Assembly (NCBI GenBank): GCA_002189035.1
Contig: NEEC01000002.1
Coordinates: forward strand, 62,001 to 126,000
From: Utricularia gibba
Lineage: Eukaryota; Plantae; Magnoliophyta
DNA: 64,000 bases
Direction: 5' to 3'
Position 1 is the first letter of the stretch, and each line of letters begins with the position of its first letter. Below are positions 23,652 to 41,446 of this stretch, piece after piece. Made by a program: the position numbers and the translations under genes. The notes under the pieces are model-generated. The model was given only the letters and a program-made list of their open reading frames with translations, did no database searches and was not told where the DNA came from.

Positions 23652-25883
23652 ATGGAGTGTAACAGAGATGAAGCTTTGAGAGCAAAAGCGATTTCTGAGA
23701 GGAAATTTCTGGCTAAAGATTTCAAGGGAGCAAAAAAATTTGCACTTAAGGCTAAAAATTTGTGTCCCGACTTGGAGGGATTATCTCAGATGCTGTTAAC
23801 TTTTGACGTTTATGTTTCTGCTCAAGACCCAAGAATACCCGGGACATCAAATTGGTATGGAGTGCTGGGTGTCACACCTCTAGATGACGAAGAAACCATA
23901 AGGAAACAGTATCGAAAACTTGCGCTGCTTCTTCATCCTGATAAAAACAGGTCTATCGGATCTGAAGGAGCATTTCAGCTTGTCTCTCAAGCATGGAGTT
24001 TGCTGTCAGATAAGTCAAAGAGAATGGCCTACGACAAGAGTTGTGGTGGAATTTTTCAGAGCAAAAATCAGACTTCCTACAATTTTGCAAACACTGTTTC
24101 TTCGAAAGGTACGGATCCAGTGAAAAAAGTGAGCAAGAGGAATGCCTCATGTGCTCCGCGCTCGTCTCAAATGGAAGAAAAAGACACTTTCTGGACAGTA
24201 TGCCATCGATGTAGGATGCAGTATGAATACCTTCGGATATATCGCAATCACAATCTTCTCTGCCCAAATTGCCAAGAAGCTTACTTTGCAGTTGAAATTG
24301 ACCCCCCTTCCAACCAGAATTCTAAAACTATGTATAGTTGCGCCAGTCAACAACAACGGAAAGCTAAACAACCAGGATCTGGAATTACCACAAACTTGGC
24401 CTGGCAGCAGGAGGCTTTTGATTCTCATAGAAGTAAGAATTCCAGTAACTGCAGTTTTGGATGGACTCCTTTCCAGAAGTCACCTGATGCTCACTCTGCC
24501 GTTCAAGCAGCAAATATGGTTAAGGAGGCATATGAGAAAGTGAAGCGAGAAAGACTGAAGGCACAGAGTGCTTCTAGAAAACAGGAGGCATTGCTGCGGA
24601 GAAATCTTTCCTCGAGAAAAAGAGTAAGTGGTGCATCCTCCAGCAATCCAAATGCTTCCAAAAGATGCAAGGGAGATGAAGATTCCAATATTTATAAGGA
24701 GAAGCCAGTAGACCTTGGTAGTGCAAAGCCTGATCTTAAACAAAATGATGCTTCAAATATTAGGCAGATTTTGATAAAGAAAGCTTGTTCAGAAATATGT
24801 GAGAAGTTGAGTACATGCCTCTCGACATCTGTGGTGAAGAATGCAGCCTCTGTGGAGTTTCATGATAATAGCATAGAAAGGACATCATGCACACAACACG
24901 AATTACCTCCAACCGAGTGCAGATTATCTGAGAATGAACTTGATCAAAACCCTTCACACTCGTGTCCCGAGAGGAATTCGATTGATCAGCTTTCATTGCA
25001 TGTCCATGAGTCTGATTTCCATGACTTTGACATGAGCAGGGGGGTGCATTTTTTTGGGAAGAACCAAGTATGGGCCGTATATGATGATGATGATGGTATG
25101 CCGCGCCATTATGCGATGATTCAAAGTGTAGTATCTTTGAACCCCTTTAGAGCGAGGATGAGTTGGCTTAGTTCGGTAACGCACAGCCGAAGCAGCAATG
25201 CAAGTTGGTATTCCAATGGATTTTCAAGAACATGTGGGAAGTTCCGATTGGGCAAGCAAGTGTGTGTGGATTCAGTGGACTATTTCTCACATCATGTGAG
25301 ATGGAAAAAATGCACGTCCAGTACAATTCTCATATATCCCAGGAAAGGGGATATCTGGGCTTTGTACAGAAATTGGTCCTTGGAATGGAATGAACTGACG
25401 GAAGATGAAGTGGTGCACAAGTATGATATCGTTGAAGTATTGGAAGATTGTGATGATGAGCTTGGTGTGGTTGTGATTCCACTGGTTAAGGTGGTCGGAT
25501 CCAAAGCCATTTTCCATCAGCATTTGGATCCAAGTCAAATACGAAGAATCCCCTGTGAAGAAATCACTCGATTTTCTCATCAGGTGCCATCACATTTATT
25601 TACTGGGCAGCAAGGACTGAAGTTGCTCAAGGGTTGTAGGGAGCTCGATCCTGCTGCGGTTCCATTCGATCTTCTTGAAGCTGCATCATTATTTATTGAA
25701 GGGATTGACGCCCCTGAAAACGTACACATTGTGGAGGAAATTGATTCTAAGGAAAATAGAACCAGCAATCCAGTTGTAGGTGTTACCCTGGACGATGCTG
25801 AGACTGTGAAACAAGTTGACATCGGAAGGAATCTTCCAGTTTCTGACTCATTACAACCTGCTTCGGCCACATCGGACACGTAG
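23652..25883 (+). CDS. DnaJ/J-domain protein with Cys-rich zinc-finger-like region and DUF3444, intronless
   Basis: 743-aa ORF: MECNRDEALRAK..., J domain with HPDKN, TFWTVCHRCRMQYEYLRIYRNHNLLCPNC, and DUF3444-type QVWAVYDDDDGMPRHYA...IYPRKGDIWALYRNW. Confidence 0.95.
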   Translation: MECNRDEALRAKAISERKFLAKDFKGAKKFALKAKNLCPDLEGLSQMLLTFDVYVSAQDPRIPGTSNWYGVLGVTPLDDEETIRKQYRKLALLLHPDKNRSIGSEGAFQLVSQAWSLLSDKSKRMAYDKSCGGIFQSKNQTSYNFANTVSSKGTDPVKKVSKRNASCAPRSSQMEEKDTFWTVCHRCRMQYEYLRIYRNHNLLCPNCQEAYFAVEIDPPSNQNSKTMYSCASQQQRKAKQPGSGITTNLAWQQEAFDSHRSKNSSNCSFGWTPFQKSPDAHSAVQAANMVKEAYEKVKRERLKAQSASRKQEALLRRNLSSRKRVSGASSSNPNASKRCKGDEDSNIYKEKPVDLGSAKPDLKQNDASNIRQILIKKACSEICEKLSTCLSTSVVKNAASVEFHDNSIERTSCTQHELPPTECRLSENELDQNPSHSCPERNSIDQLSLHVHESDFHDFDMSRGVHFFGKNQVWAVYDDDDGMPRHYAMIQSVVSLNPFRARMSWLSSVTHSRSSNASWYSNGFSRTCGKFRLGKQVCVDSVDYFSHHVRWKKCTSSTILIYPRKGDIWALYRNWSLEWNELTEDEVVHKYDIVEVLEDCDDELGVVVIPLVKVVGSKAIFHQHLDPSQIRRIPCEEITRFSHQVPSHLFTGQQGLKLLKGCRELDPAAVPFDLLEAASLFIEGIDAPENVHIVEEIDSKENRTSNPVVGVTLDDAETVKQVDIGRNLPVSDSLQPASATSDT

Positions 25884-26342
25884 CTGGAAAAGTCGAGGCA
25901 CATTCTGTGCATGCCCGGGTAGGCGTTTAAGTTACATTCCTCTAAACGATGAGTCTGGCGATGGTTTCAGTGGATAACCAGTTCATTTGACGCGTTTAGT
26001 GTCTTTGATCGTAGATATGGCGCTGGAAAATGTATGAAAAATTGGGAAGATAGTCAAGTCGGAGATGAATATGTAAATCATTAAGAACCTTGACTCTTTA
26101 AACCATTTGTTCATTCAATACTTGGATCTATTTTGAATTTTCTGTACTTGTGTTCTCGAGACGACATGAACCAAATGGCCCAACTCATCCAGTGAGCACA
26201 GCCTCGTATCAAGATCAATTTTAGGATGCTTTAACAGCAGCAGTTTCGTTTCTTGCACACCGTGTTTCTACGTTGTTGCCTGGCTCCTTTGCTCCAGCTT
26301 GGATAGGTTGAGTTGGAGCGAAAAATAAAAGAAAAAACGCAT

Positions 26343-26398
26343 GCATATGACTCACGAAGGAATAAGTCTGGCATATGACTCACGAAGGAATAAACCTG
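26343..26398 (+). repeat. 28-bp tandem duplication between convergent genes
   Basis: gcatatgactcacgaaggaataagtctg followed by gcatatgactcacgaaggaataaacctg. Confidence 0.9.
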
Positions 26399-26598
26399 GC
26401 TGAAGAAACCGAGAAACAAAAGGTGCCAATATCTAAGTATCATCGAATCAAAAGGCATATGAAGGAAGAAAGTGGCAATACAATCAAACCAAAACACAGA
26501 AGCACAAGAAATTACAGGATTTACCAAGGCAGGGGTCGTCCAGCTTACCGATATCTGGCATTTTCATCACATTGCATCTTCCTTCATGGTCAAAGACA

Positions 26599-27761
26599 TC
26601 AAAGTGCAGTCGACGTCAAGAACTTCCGGATTCGTTGCAACATCTCTGCTTTTACTGAATCAGGAACTGAAGCTGCAAGTGGAGGCAGCCAGCACATGTT
26701 GAATACCTACACCTCTTGTATAAACATATACACTGCTGGAGAATATTCCACAGCATCGAACCCAAACTTGAAGATCTCCAATATATGCCTACTATTAGAT
26801 CACCCCATATCCCTTAGATCTATCATAAATTGGAACACAAGTAGGTTCCCCACCCTTGGAGTAACGAGAAACACAAACTAGAGGAACCCATTGATTGAAG
26901 TGCACAAACGGAAACAAAGATCATTTGAAAGAATGAATAGAAACGAAGCCCACCTCTTCCCTTAGGTGTCATAACTGTAACAAGTTCATCAACAGTAACA
27001 TTATTCCTTCCTTTCTTCCTTGCAAACTCCCTTGCCAAACAAATTTCAATTTTTTTCATACAATGAATCCATGAGACTGAGAAGAATAGTGGGATACATA
27101 GTTGCCATGTGAAAATAAAAATGCAACAGTTTACTGAAAGAGAGAAATGATCAGGGTTAATAGATTAACGATTTTCGAGGACATCACATTTGGGGAAGGC
27201 TGAGCAGTATAATCAACCTTCAGTAGTCAAACTTTTAGAAAGATATGATAAGATCCTCTATCCAGTTGAATACTACAAGCGCTACATTTTTTAATCCAAA
27301 ATTTAATTCTTTACAGGAGCTTTGAATGTATAATGTGTGAAACCAGGGGCTCATTTATTAAGGCTCATACGAAACAGAAGAGTCACCTGCAAAGTGCCTT
27401 CATCTCATCCTTCCAGCCACACTCTATCAGCCTCTCTCTCAACAACTCTTGCAATCGCTCCTTTTCTCCACTCTCGGTTAGCTAGACAACGGATTAACAT
27501 ATACCCGATTTACAAACAAAGCGAACGGATGGGAAACATCCACACACCGCTGGAAGAAGCAACAAATTTAGAGAGCAATCCACTCGAGAAGTAGGTTACC
27601 CTTATATTGACTAATTCCTTGAGAGTTGGCTCGCGACCCCCCTCGAATTCAGGATCTGGAGTCGGTGGACGCTTAACAGACGCCTTCCTTTCTCCAAACA
27701 ATGAGCTAGAAATTAGAAAATATCAATAGACTGAAAGAAGCCAAGATCAGGATCCTCACAT
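26599..27761 (-). CDS. ENY2: Transcription and mRNA export factor ENY2/SUS1, 5 exons
   Basis: AT|G AAG GCG start split by an intron; [11 protein letters not shown]...TLKELVNIR|[32 protein letters not shown]|[25 protein letters not shown]|[24 protein letters not shown]. Confidence 0.93.
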
Positions 27762-28233
27762 TTAAGCAATTTTTAGGTTGTTTTTTCCCAACGAATAGCT
27801 CTCTCTGAATTCGTACGGCAACGGCTTGGCAGATTTTCCTGCTTCTCTAGAGCCCTCACTTTCCTCCAACCATCCAGGATATTGGGCTGGTGCCCATGTT
27901 TGGCAATGGTCGCCTTCTTTACCCGCGGGCTGCGATAAGACGATGGGCTTCTTTCCACCACTCGATAATTTTGAATATTCAAATTATTTTTCCATGGGCT
28001 GAGCCATCCAGTTCTTTTAAAAGATTGGGGTGAATGCCCACTTGCGTAGAGAAGGCCCATTTCAGTTCATACTCCTCGAACCAACGGCACGGGCGGTGCG
28101 GAAATCCCGAAGCTCTGCACCTACAGCAGGTCTTAACCAACTGAGCTTGTAATTCTTGTATTGCCTCTGCTTCAAATCTTCTGGCGACGCTCGTCTAACA
28201 AGTTTCTATAGTAGTCACACTGCATTTCAAGGA

Positions 28234-30536
<2,303 letters not shown>

Positions 30537-31102
30537 CAGAATCCATCGGATAACTGTTTGATCCTCTTGCACCTGAAGATTAGATGCCGTTTTTTTCGGA
30601 ATTCATCATTTGTTGAATGGGATGTTCATGCGGATGCTACTTTGTTTACGTGACTACGTAATAAAGAGGGAATCAGTTTGTTTTATGTTAAATTTAATGG
30701 ATGAATCGTTGTGTAAATAAAAAAAGATCTGAAATATATTCAATCGAATTCATCAGAATCTATTTAAAAAAGATAAAAAAAAATGTTCAAAAAAATTATA
30801 AAACACTTGTGATTGAATTACATTGACGGCAAAGCACGACAACCATTTTTAATTAAATAATATTATTGCTTCTGTAACTAATAAATAATACCAAGCACAC
30901 TATTCAAAAATCATTTCTCAATAATCATTAACCAAACATCCCCAGCATTGAATTTGAAGTCCATGTTTCTAGTGTTGGTTCGAAGTCCTCCAACAACAGA
31001 ATTCGTTTATTGTTACATCAACTTACTCCTGGGAATGGAAGGGAAGTCAGGCCGAAAGGGGTGTGGGGGAACCCCAGGCCTGAACAAGACACCCCGCATA
31101 CC

Positions 31103-33258
<2,156 letters not shown>

Positions 33259-33687
33259 GGCAGATCTACGAGGATGCTCCGATACGAAAATTCTAGAATC
33301 AGAGAGAGCCAAACGGAGCGTGCGAGAGTGTGCGTGGAGGAGCAAGTGGCTATCGAGTCGTATTTATTTTGTTGCGAACAAAAAAATAAAGAATCTATAC
33401 ATAAACATTATTCCAACAATTGGAATATTCATACAATAATTCGAGGAGGCATCTACTCAGTGCTCGAAATTGGGATGCCTGTCTTAAATTTCTTGATTAA
33501 TTAGTGATAAGACAGGAAATTCCTAAAAAAAAAAAAGAAAATGATTAATGGACTGCATTGGGCCGTTGTTCAAGTCAGTATCCCTAAAGGGGCCGCATGT
33601 TTGGGCTTTCAGGCAACAGAGCCCATCTTTGGGTTTAAGACGTCTAGCTCATTGGGTTGGGTTTCCGAAGCACCAGAGGAGCAAAAC

Positions 33688-33712
33688 GAGCCGAGCCGAG
33701 CCGAGCCGAGCC
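33688..33712 (+). repeat. (GAGCC)5 microsatellite in the divergent GAPC / PP2A-B' promoter
   Basis: gagccgagccgagccgagccgagcc; site II-like TGGGCC/TGGGCT motifs nearby at about 33558-33610. Confidence 0.85.
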
Positions 33713-34414
33713 GACTGTTGAAGCCGAAAATTCAATAGATCTTGTTAGGAGTGAAGATTAATCGCGGTCCACTGGTAAATAAATCGGACGACTCCGCCTT
33801 CTTGGAAACGCAGAGGCCAACATGAGAAGAGGACTTCCTCCGATGAGATGAGAGGCAGAGGGGGCTGCTGCTTATAACCCGAGTTGAGTTCAACAGCACG
33901 GCAGAAGGTTGTGCTAATACAGGACTCGTAAGTCGTTGGGATTTCTGCTTCTTTACGAAAGCTTAAATCCGTTAGTTTGTTTTCGGTCTCTGTGCTGGGT
34001 TTTATTAGTGAAAGTGAGATAATTCAAGTTCCCTTTGCTGTCGCTTTCCTTGGAGTCGAATCATGGATTTTGGATTCCAAGTCAAAAGGTCTCCTGGTGT
34101 CTCGCTTGGAAGTTTTAAGGGGCCGAGGAAGAACGCGCTTCACCGATGTCACTAGGAATTTGATGTTTGGCTGAGATTTGGCTTTTCCATCTGCTTTTTG
34201 CCTATTCTCAGATTTGACTTGAAGAAGGGGAAAATATTATTCATTAAGAGAAGGGAAAAGGTGAGCTCTCCGTTGAATTTTCGATGCATTCCGGGTCTAA
34301 TCGAAGATAGAGGCTTGCCGGTGTTGGGGATTCTCCAGAAACTTGGTTCTTGAACTTGAATTTTTTGCTGGTTACAGGAGGTGTAAGTGGGAGAAAAGTG
34401 AGGATTTTGGAAGT

Positions 34415-36139
34415 ATGATTAAACAGATATTAGGGAAGATTCCCAGAAAGAATTCGAAATCCTTCAGTGACCCTAGCCCCTCTTCAAGTCCCTTGAGTTC
34501 GTCAAGGAGAAACGGAGGAAAGAAAGGATTGGGTAGTGCAGCCGATGAACTTAATTCTACCTCATATGGTGTTTTGGGTCTTGGAAGTAAAGTGAACAAG
34601 CTCCAACTCAATAAAGAGTCAAGATTGAGTGGGGAAATGGTGTCAGCTCCGTATGAATTGCTACCGCCTTTTAGGGATGTACCAGGTTCGGAAAAGCAGA
34701 ACTTATTTATCCAAAAGGTTAAGATGTGTTGTGTTGTTTTCGACTTTGTTGATCCTACCATGGATCTTAAGGAGAAAGATGTGAAAAGGCAAACTCTACT
34801 GGACTTGGTTGAGTATATGACATCTACGAATGGGAAGTTCAATGAAATGGCAATGCAGGAGGTGGTGAAGATGGTTTCCTTGAATATATTTAGAGAATTC
34901 ACACCTCAGCCAAGAGAGAACAAATTAATTGATGGTGTAGATCTTGAAGAGGAAGAGCCTGCTATGGATCCAGCATGGACTCACTTGCAAGTTGTGTATG
35001 AATTTTTTCTGAGGTTTGTTGCCTCCCCAGAAACCGACGCGAAGGTTGCAAAGCGATATATTGATCATTCCTTCGTTCTAAGATTACTTGATCTCTTCGA
35101 CTCTGAGGATCCTAGGGAGAGGGAGTATCTGAAGACTATACTTCACCGAATCTATGGAAAATTTATGGTGCACCGACCGTTTATCAGGAAATCTATCAAC
35201 AACATCTTTTACCATTTTATATTTGAAACAGAAAAGCACAATGGCATTGCAGAATTCCTTGAAGTCCTTGGCAGCATCATCAACGGTTTTGCTCTTCCTT
35301 TAAAGGAAGAGCATAAGCTCTTTCTTGTACGAACACTGATTCCATTGCATAAACCGAAGTGTTTAGCAATGTATCATCAACAGCTATCTTATTGTATCAC
35401 CCAGTTTGTTGAAAAAGATTGCAAGCTTGCTGATATTATAATCCGGGGACTGCTAAAGTACTGGCCTGTGACCAATAGCTCAAAAGAAGTTCTTTTCCTC
35501 AGTGAGCTGGAAGAGGTATTAGAAGCTACACAAGCACCTGAATTTCAGCGATGCATGGTACCTTTATTTCACCAGATTTCCCGCTGTTTGAAGAGCTTGC
35601 ATTTTCAGGTACCAACATGCGACTTCAAAATCGAATTAATTTCTTCTGTAGTTCATGTTGACTGCAACAGTTCATGGTTCCATCAGCTAATCATGCTGAC
35701 TAGATGTGTTTTCAGTGCGGTGTCTAAGTAAACCTTGATGGGCGAAACTTTTGTTCCTTTTTAACTGCAACACTTCCCCGTTGTCAACCATCATTTTTTG
35801 TATTTTCAGGTGGCTGAAAGGGCTTTATTTCTGTGGAACAATGATCATATTGAGAGCCTTGTTCGACAAAACCGGCAAGTCATTTTGCCGATAATCTTCC
35901 CTGCCCTGGAAAACAATGCAAGACACCATTGGAACCAGGCAGTGAACAGCTTGTCTGTGAATATTGGCAAAATTTTCTACGAAGTTGATCCTGATCTCTA
36001 CAAGGAGTGCCAGATCAAGTTCGAAGATGATGCATCAAAGCAAAATGAAATCAACGAGCGACGACAAGCTACATGGAAACGCCTGGAGGAAGTAGCTTCA
36101 AAAAATGCTTCAGTCAATGAAGCTATTCTTGTTTCCTGA
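34415..36139 (+). CDS. Protein phosphatase 2A B' (B56) regulatory subunit, theta/eta-like, 2 coding exons (34415-35608, 35810-36139)
   Basis: [12 protein letters not shown]...[28 protein letters not shown]...LHFQ|[14 protein letters not shown]. Confidence 0.96.
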
Positions 36140-36737
36140 ACTGCTGCGGCACCCTCCTTTTCCTGATGAAAAACCAGTCAGGCGATTGCTTCCTCGAGTC
36201 ATACATTTCCTGGTCGTTCGGTTTCTGCACGCTCCTCTTCAGATTCGCCTTTCTGTTGGCTTCGTGGAGAGATAATTCAAGTTGGTTTAGAGGGGTAGGA
36301 TTTGGAACAGCTTGTGATCTTGTTCTTTGTTGAACAAAATGTTACAACTTTGGTAGTATGTGATCGTGTCCTACGTCGAACAAAACGTTACAACTTTGGT
36401 TTGTTCGATTTTGGACATACGTTTTCGATGCTACGTGCACGGGATCCCAGAAGCACTTCATTTGGTTTTGCGGGTGACATTCCTCACACACTGCCAACTT
36501 AGTTCGCCAAATTCTGACATGCCCCAAATACAAATGATCAGATAAATGAAGATGAGAGTTCCAAACGAGCTCTTGCTCCCTCGCCAGCCTGAATAGTGAA
36601 TAGTGGTAGTCCTTCCCGGACCCCACTGCAAGGTAGTGTTTGTGGATAGCCTTTCGCCACGAGACAAGATAAAGGGGGCACTCTAAACTTGCAAGAACGA
36701 CAGGATTGAAGCGAAGGGGCGCTGTTCTCCGCCTAAG

Positions 36738-38248
36738 ATGGAGGCCGGAATGACGTTGAACTCCGTTGTGGCGCTACCTCTTTCATCAAAATCAAGACTT
36801 TATGAAAATTCTCTCATCAGACACTCATTCTCGTCTGCAAGCATAGCACCCCAGAAATCCTTTCCACAGAAGCATCATAAATTGTTCGTAGTTGAAGCAA
36901 AAGGCAAGAGAGGGATCCCTGGACAGTACCAACGAACTGCCCCTCCTCCTCTTCCGAAACTTGAAGATGATGGCAACCCCAAATTTGTTATCTTCATTCG
37001 AATGGCAAACGTTAGTTTTCCTTTCCAAAACCCCGCTTGCTCGTACAATGATTATGGATATTTCATCTGCTAATCATCCTTACCGCGCCAAATTCTTGCG
37101 TTTTCATTTCTTCCTATGTGCACTTGATTTTCTGTATCTGGTTCGGTTATTCCGATGGGTTTGTTTGCGACTATAAACTGCTAGTTTCATTAGTGCTCTA
37201 TTAAAAAAAAGGCTTCTTGGAGACGATTTTAGAGCTTCTCTTAGTTAGGTGCTTTGTGGAGGTTCGAATTTTGAGGCTTTTAGGTCGTTCAAAATGCTGA
37301 TCATTCGGCAACAACGATTCTCTGAGTGGCATTTCAGAAGTTGAACTCATTGTGCCTGATGTATATTAACATGTGTATATTGAATTTGTGGTTTGGGATG
37401 GTTCTCCTTCTCTAGGTGTACCTTTGGTACCCACTTAATATTGTCACCGGTGGAACAACTGCGAAGATCATGGTTTCGGCAAAGGATAATTTCTTGGGGA
37501 AATATATATACAAGGATACGCTAGCCAGAAACCTTGCCGCTGTTATTTATAGAGTGAGCTTCATATGCATAGCTTTATTGTTCAGCTAAACTAGGAGCGC
37601 TTTTATGTTTGTTGATATCTATGTCTGTTGTCCCTCTGGTTAGGATGAGAAGGAAATGCAGAAAATGGCTATAAAACAGTTTCGGGTGCTACGTTCTGCA
37701 ACCGAGTTTCGATATGGCTATAAGCTTGTGGTAAGTATTGTAATCTATGGTTATTGATCTCTAGAAAAACTCGATCTTTTGGATGTCTCTTCATTCCTGG
37801 ATTATTGTAGGAAAACAACAATTTGAGAGCTGCACTCGGTGCGAATGATGTTATTGAGGTAGTCTTGTTCATCATGTTTATGGTTTATCTTTCTGATTGA
37901 GATTGGTACACAGTGAGCATTTCCTTTGTGTGTTTTATACTAAAGCATATCATAAGCGTGTACACATTCTCAGCTCCCAACTCAGGAAGAACTTAAGACA
38001 GTTGTTGACAAGGTGAAGGACTTCTTCGGGGAGGCAAAGGAGTCTTTTGGGAAGATCTCATTCTTGAACTCGGGGACTGAGGATTCATCCACAGAGCCTA
38101 CAACCAAGTGAGTAACCATCAATAGCATAGTGAATTCCTGGTATGGTTGTTGAAATTGAAACTTGATCCTGTCTCATTATCTTCCATCAAGTTTTGCTAT
38201 CTTTCTAATCTCAATTAAATTTTTTTTAGGGCGAAAAGTAAAGGCTGA
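36738..38248 (+). CDS. HHL1: HYPERSENSITIVE TO HIGH LIGHT 1-like thylakoid protein, 6 exons
   Basis: DDGNPKFVIFIRMAN|VYLWYPLNIVTGGTTAKIMVSAKDNFLGKYIYKDTLARNLAAVIYR|DEKEMQK...FRYGYKLV|ENNNLRAAL...|LPTQEELKTVVDKVKDFFG. Confidence 0.92.
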
Positions 38249-38852
38249 GTGCAGAACTGTGGGAAGGGAGAGGAGACCTGCAGAGCTCTGTGTACTTGTT
38301 TGTATCAGCCAACAAGATTTGTTCATATAGTGTGTCTCTTTGCATCAGGAGAACGATCTCATTTTGCCACTGAATTCCATGGGAAAAGATACCATTTTTT
38401 TTCTGAGCTTCCAAGTTAGTGAAGTCAATACCAGACTACCCCAGTCATGTGTGTGTTGATGGTGTGTTGTATCAGTTCTTGTTGTAGCAAATGAGGAAAA
38501 AATGTAACTTTCGAGAAGAAACTACCTAAGTGAAGGATAAGGGCGGTTACGATTTACGAAAGAAAAATGTCTATATTCCAAAGCCTCATGGCGCTGTTTC
38601 CAAACCTACAACAGCTCTGCAGCAGTTGGAATCTTGTGATCTAGAAGACACGAGCCCGAGTACGATTGAAGGGTCGGATCCTGATTTCACGGAGGGTTTG
38701 CCGTTTGGGTAGAAGTTACCAGCCCACTCAAGAATACGTGTAAAACCCTCCGAGAAACTGAAGTTTGAACGGCACCCAAAACCGTTGAACTTCAACTCCA
38801 GAATATCTTGCTAGCTCCTCATTCCCCGGGTAGTGTTTTTGGAGTGACGAAG

Positions 38853-41446
38853 ATGTCAACTTTTCTTTGTCCAATAGGGCCGACCATAGTTCTTTCCCCC
38901 ACCAGGGGAAGAAGAATGGCGAATTCGTTTCTGAAGGGAACTCACTTCGGTGTTCACAGGTCCTTCTTCAAGGGCGGTATCGGAATTGCTCGTTTGGGTT
39001 TGGGTGAGATTCCGTTTCCTGACCCGGAGAGTTCCGGGATGGTGGTGAAGGACTTGTTCGGGAGATTGGAGGGGTTTCTTTATACTGTTGCCGATGCTGC
39101 GGTTACTTCTGCGGATACAGTTGATGGAGTTACAACGGCGAAGCAAGAAGGTGATTGGCTTTCTGGGATTGCCAATTCCATGGAAATGGTTTTGAAGGTT
39201 TGTTCAAGGTTCAGTTCTTGTTATGCAATGTGATTGGGACAAGGAATTTGTTTTGTTCAATGTTCTTCTTAAGTGTGTTGTGAGTGATATTAGGAACTTG
39301 TTGACGCGTCCTAAAGACATCTGCACCCAAAGTTAGTTTGTATAATCTAAGAGGGAATAGGGTGTGGTACCAAACAGAGTGATTTCTGGAAGTGCGATGA
39401 GATGAATATGATGATATTGATGGCATATTCTTTGTGAAATTCCGTTGTTTTCTTGTGGAATAGCTGCATACGATTCTTGATGCTCTGCAGGTTCTCAAAG
39501 ATGTGCTTTCCACGCTGCACGTTCCCTATGCGTATGGTTTTGCAATTATATTACTAACTATAATTGTGAAAGGAGCTACATTTCCTTTGACAAAAAAGCA
39601 GGTTATTTAACACTGCGTTTTCAAGTTTAGTTGTCATTCTATAAATAAAATACTTATGCAACTTGTGGAACAATATTTAGGTGGAGTCTGCAATGGCCAT
39701 GCAATCTCTAGCGCCCCAGATAAAGGCTATCCAGGAAAGATATGCTGGAGATCAGGTTTCATTTCATCTTTTTAGTCATCGATGTTTCTCATACAAGAAA
39801 CTTGCTGCAGGCATTGAGTATTGATCGTGTGCATTAGATGCTCATCACATAAACGAGTCTCAGATTATTCTTAACATATTTTCTTTTGCAGGAAAGGATT
39901 CAACTGGAAACAGCTCGGTTGTATAAACTCTCTGGAATAAATCCTTTGGCGGGTGCTGAAACCTTTTTTTTTTTTTTTTCTGACTAGCCACATCATCTTA
40001 TCATAATTTATATGTTATGTTGGTTTTCACTAGGATGTCTTCCGACACTGCTCACCATTCCAGTATGGATAGGGCTTTACAGAGCTCTTTCTAATGTGGC
40101 CAATGAGGTAAACTTGTGCATTTGATCCCACAGTTCTACTTATGATGGCTGTTGCCTCACATTTCATCGCAATTTTACATCTTCAACTGTTATTTAAATT
40201 AAGGGACTTTTAAGTGAGGGCTTTTTCTGGATACCCTCGCTCTCTGGTCCAACAACGACTGCAGCTCAGAAAACTGGTAGTGGCACCTCTTGGCTGTTCC
40301 CCTTCATTGTAAGGATCTGCCACCCCTAACCATATATGAGGTGTGGTTATGAGTTAGGTGTCAAGTCTGATTTCTTTTGCTTTGTATTCATAGGATGGGC
40401 ATCCTCCTCTCGGATGGTCGGATACTCTTGCGTATCTCGTGTTACCTTTGCTTCTTGTTCTATCACAGTATATCTCAATACAAATCATGCAACCTCCACA
40501 GGTTTGTGTTCAAGCTGGCATGACATTCATTTTTGCTGATTTTACCTCTGTTAATATTCCTATGGGTGAGATTAATGCTACTTCAATTTTTTCTGATGGG
40601 GGACGCCTTCCTTGCCAGAGCAATGATCCGAATGTAAAGAATTCACAAGCCATAACCAAATTTCTGCCTCTGATGATTGGATACTTTTCTCTCTCAGTAC
40701 CTTCTGGATTGAGCCTCTACTGGTTTGTCCTTCGCATTTTGTGCTTCATCTAGTGGTTTTCATTTTGCTTTAATTTTTTAATCCAATGCAAGAATTTTGC
40801 TTTTCAGGTTTACTAACAACGTACTTAGCACAGCTCAACAAGTATGGCTACGAAAACTGGGTGGTGCCAAGAATCCTGTTATGAAATCGAGCAATGATCT
40901 TTTAAGCAAAGATCAGTTTGAGATTCCAAAGCTCACACCCCAAGCACCATCATCAGTCAAAGTGGTCGACAAAGAAGATGACGCCAGTCCAGATGTGCCT
41001 CGTCGTGGGACAGGTGGAACTTTTACAGTCACTTCCTGTTTGATTGCTTTGTTCCCCTAAAAAATGGGCTGTGTAGAAGCTTGAAGATACAGAACTATTC
41101 CATAGTTAACCAATATCGTAGCCAAAATCTTACTTTTGAAGCGTCTTTCTGTCGCATTTGCAGGTTTAAACAGCTGAAAGAGCAAGAAGCTCAAAGAAGA
41201 AAGCTAAGAGAGGAACAGAGTAAGAAAGCTGAGGGCGCAACAGCCATAGGCAGCAGCCAAATAACTACTGATGCACAAGCAGCGATTAGTCTCGAGAAAC
41301 TCCCTGTAAATGGGAATGGCAGCAGCATCGATTTGGAAGCTAATGATGACGCAAGACCACCGGTTAATAGAAGGAACAACCCCGGAAGTTCAGATGATAA
41401 GGAGATCGGAATAAGTGATCTTCGTCTAGACAAAAATGACGATTAG
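38853..41446 (+). CDS. ALB4: ALBINO3-like thylakoid insertase (YidC/Oxa1 family), ALB4 type, about 10 exons, apparent 1-nt frameshift at 41007-41009
   Basis: DWLSGIANSMEMVLK|VLKD...YGFAIILLTIIVK...KKQ|VESAMAMQSL...ERYAGDQ|ERIQLETARLYKL...GINPLA|GCLPTL...|GHPPLGWSDTLAYLVLP...|LSLYW|FTNNVLSTAQQVWL. Confidence 0.92.
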
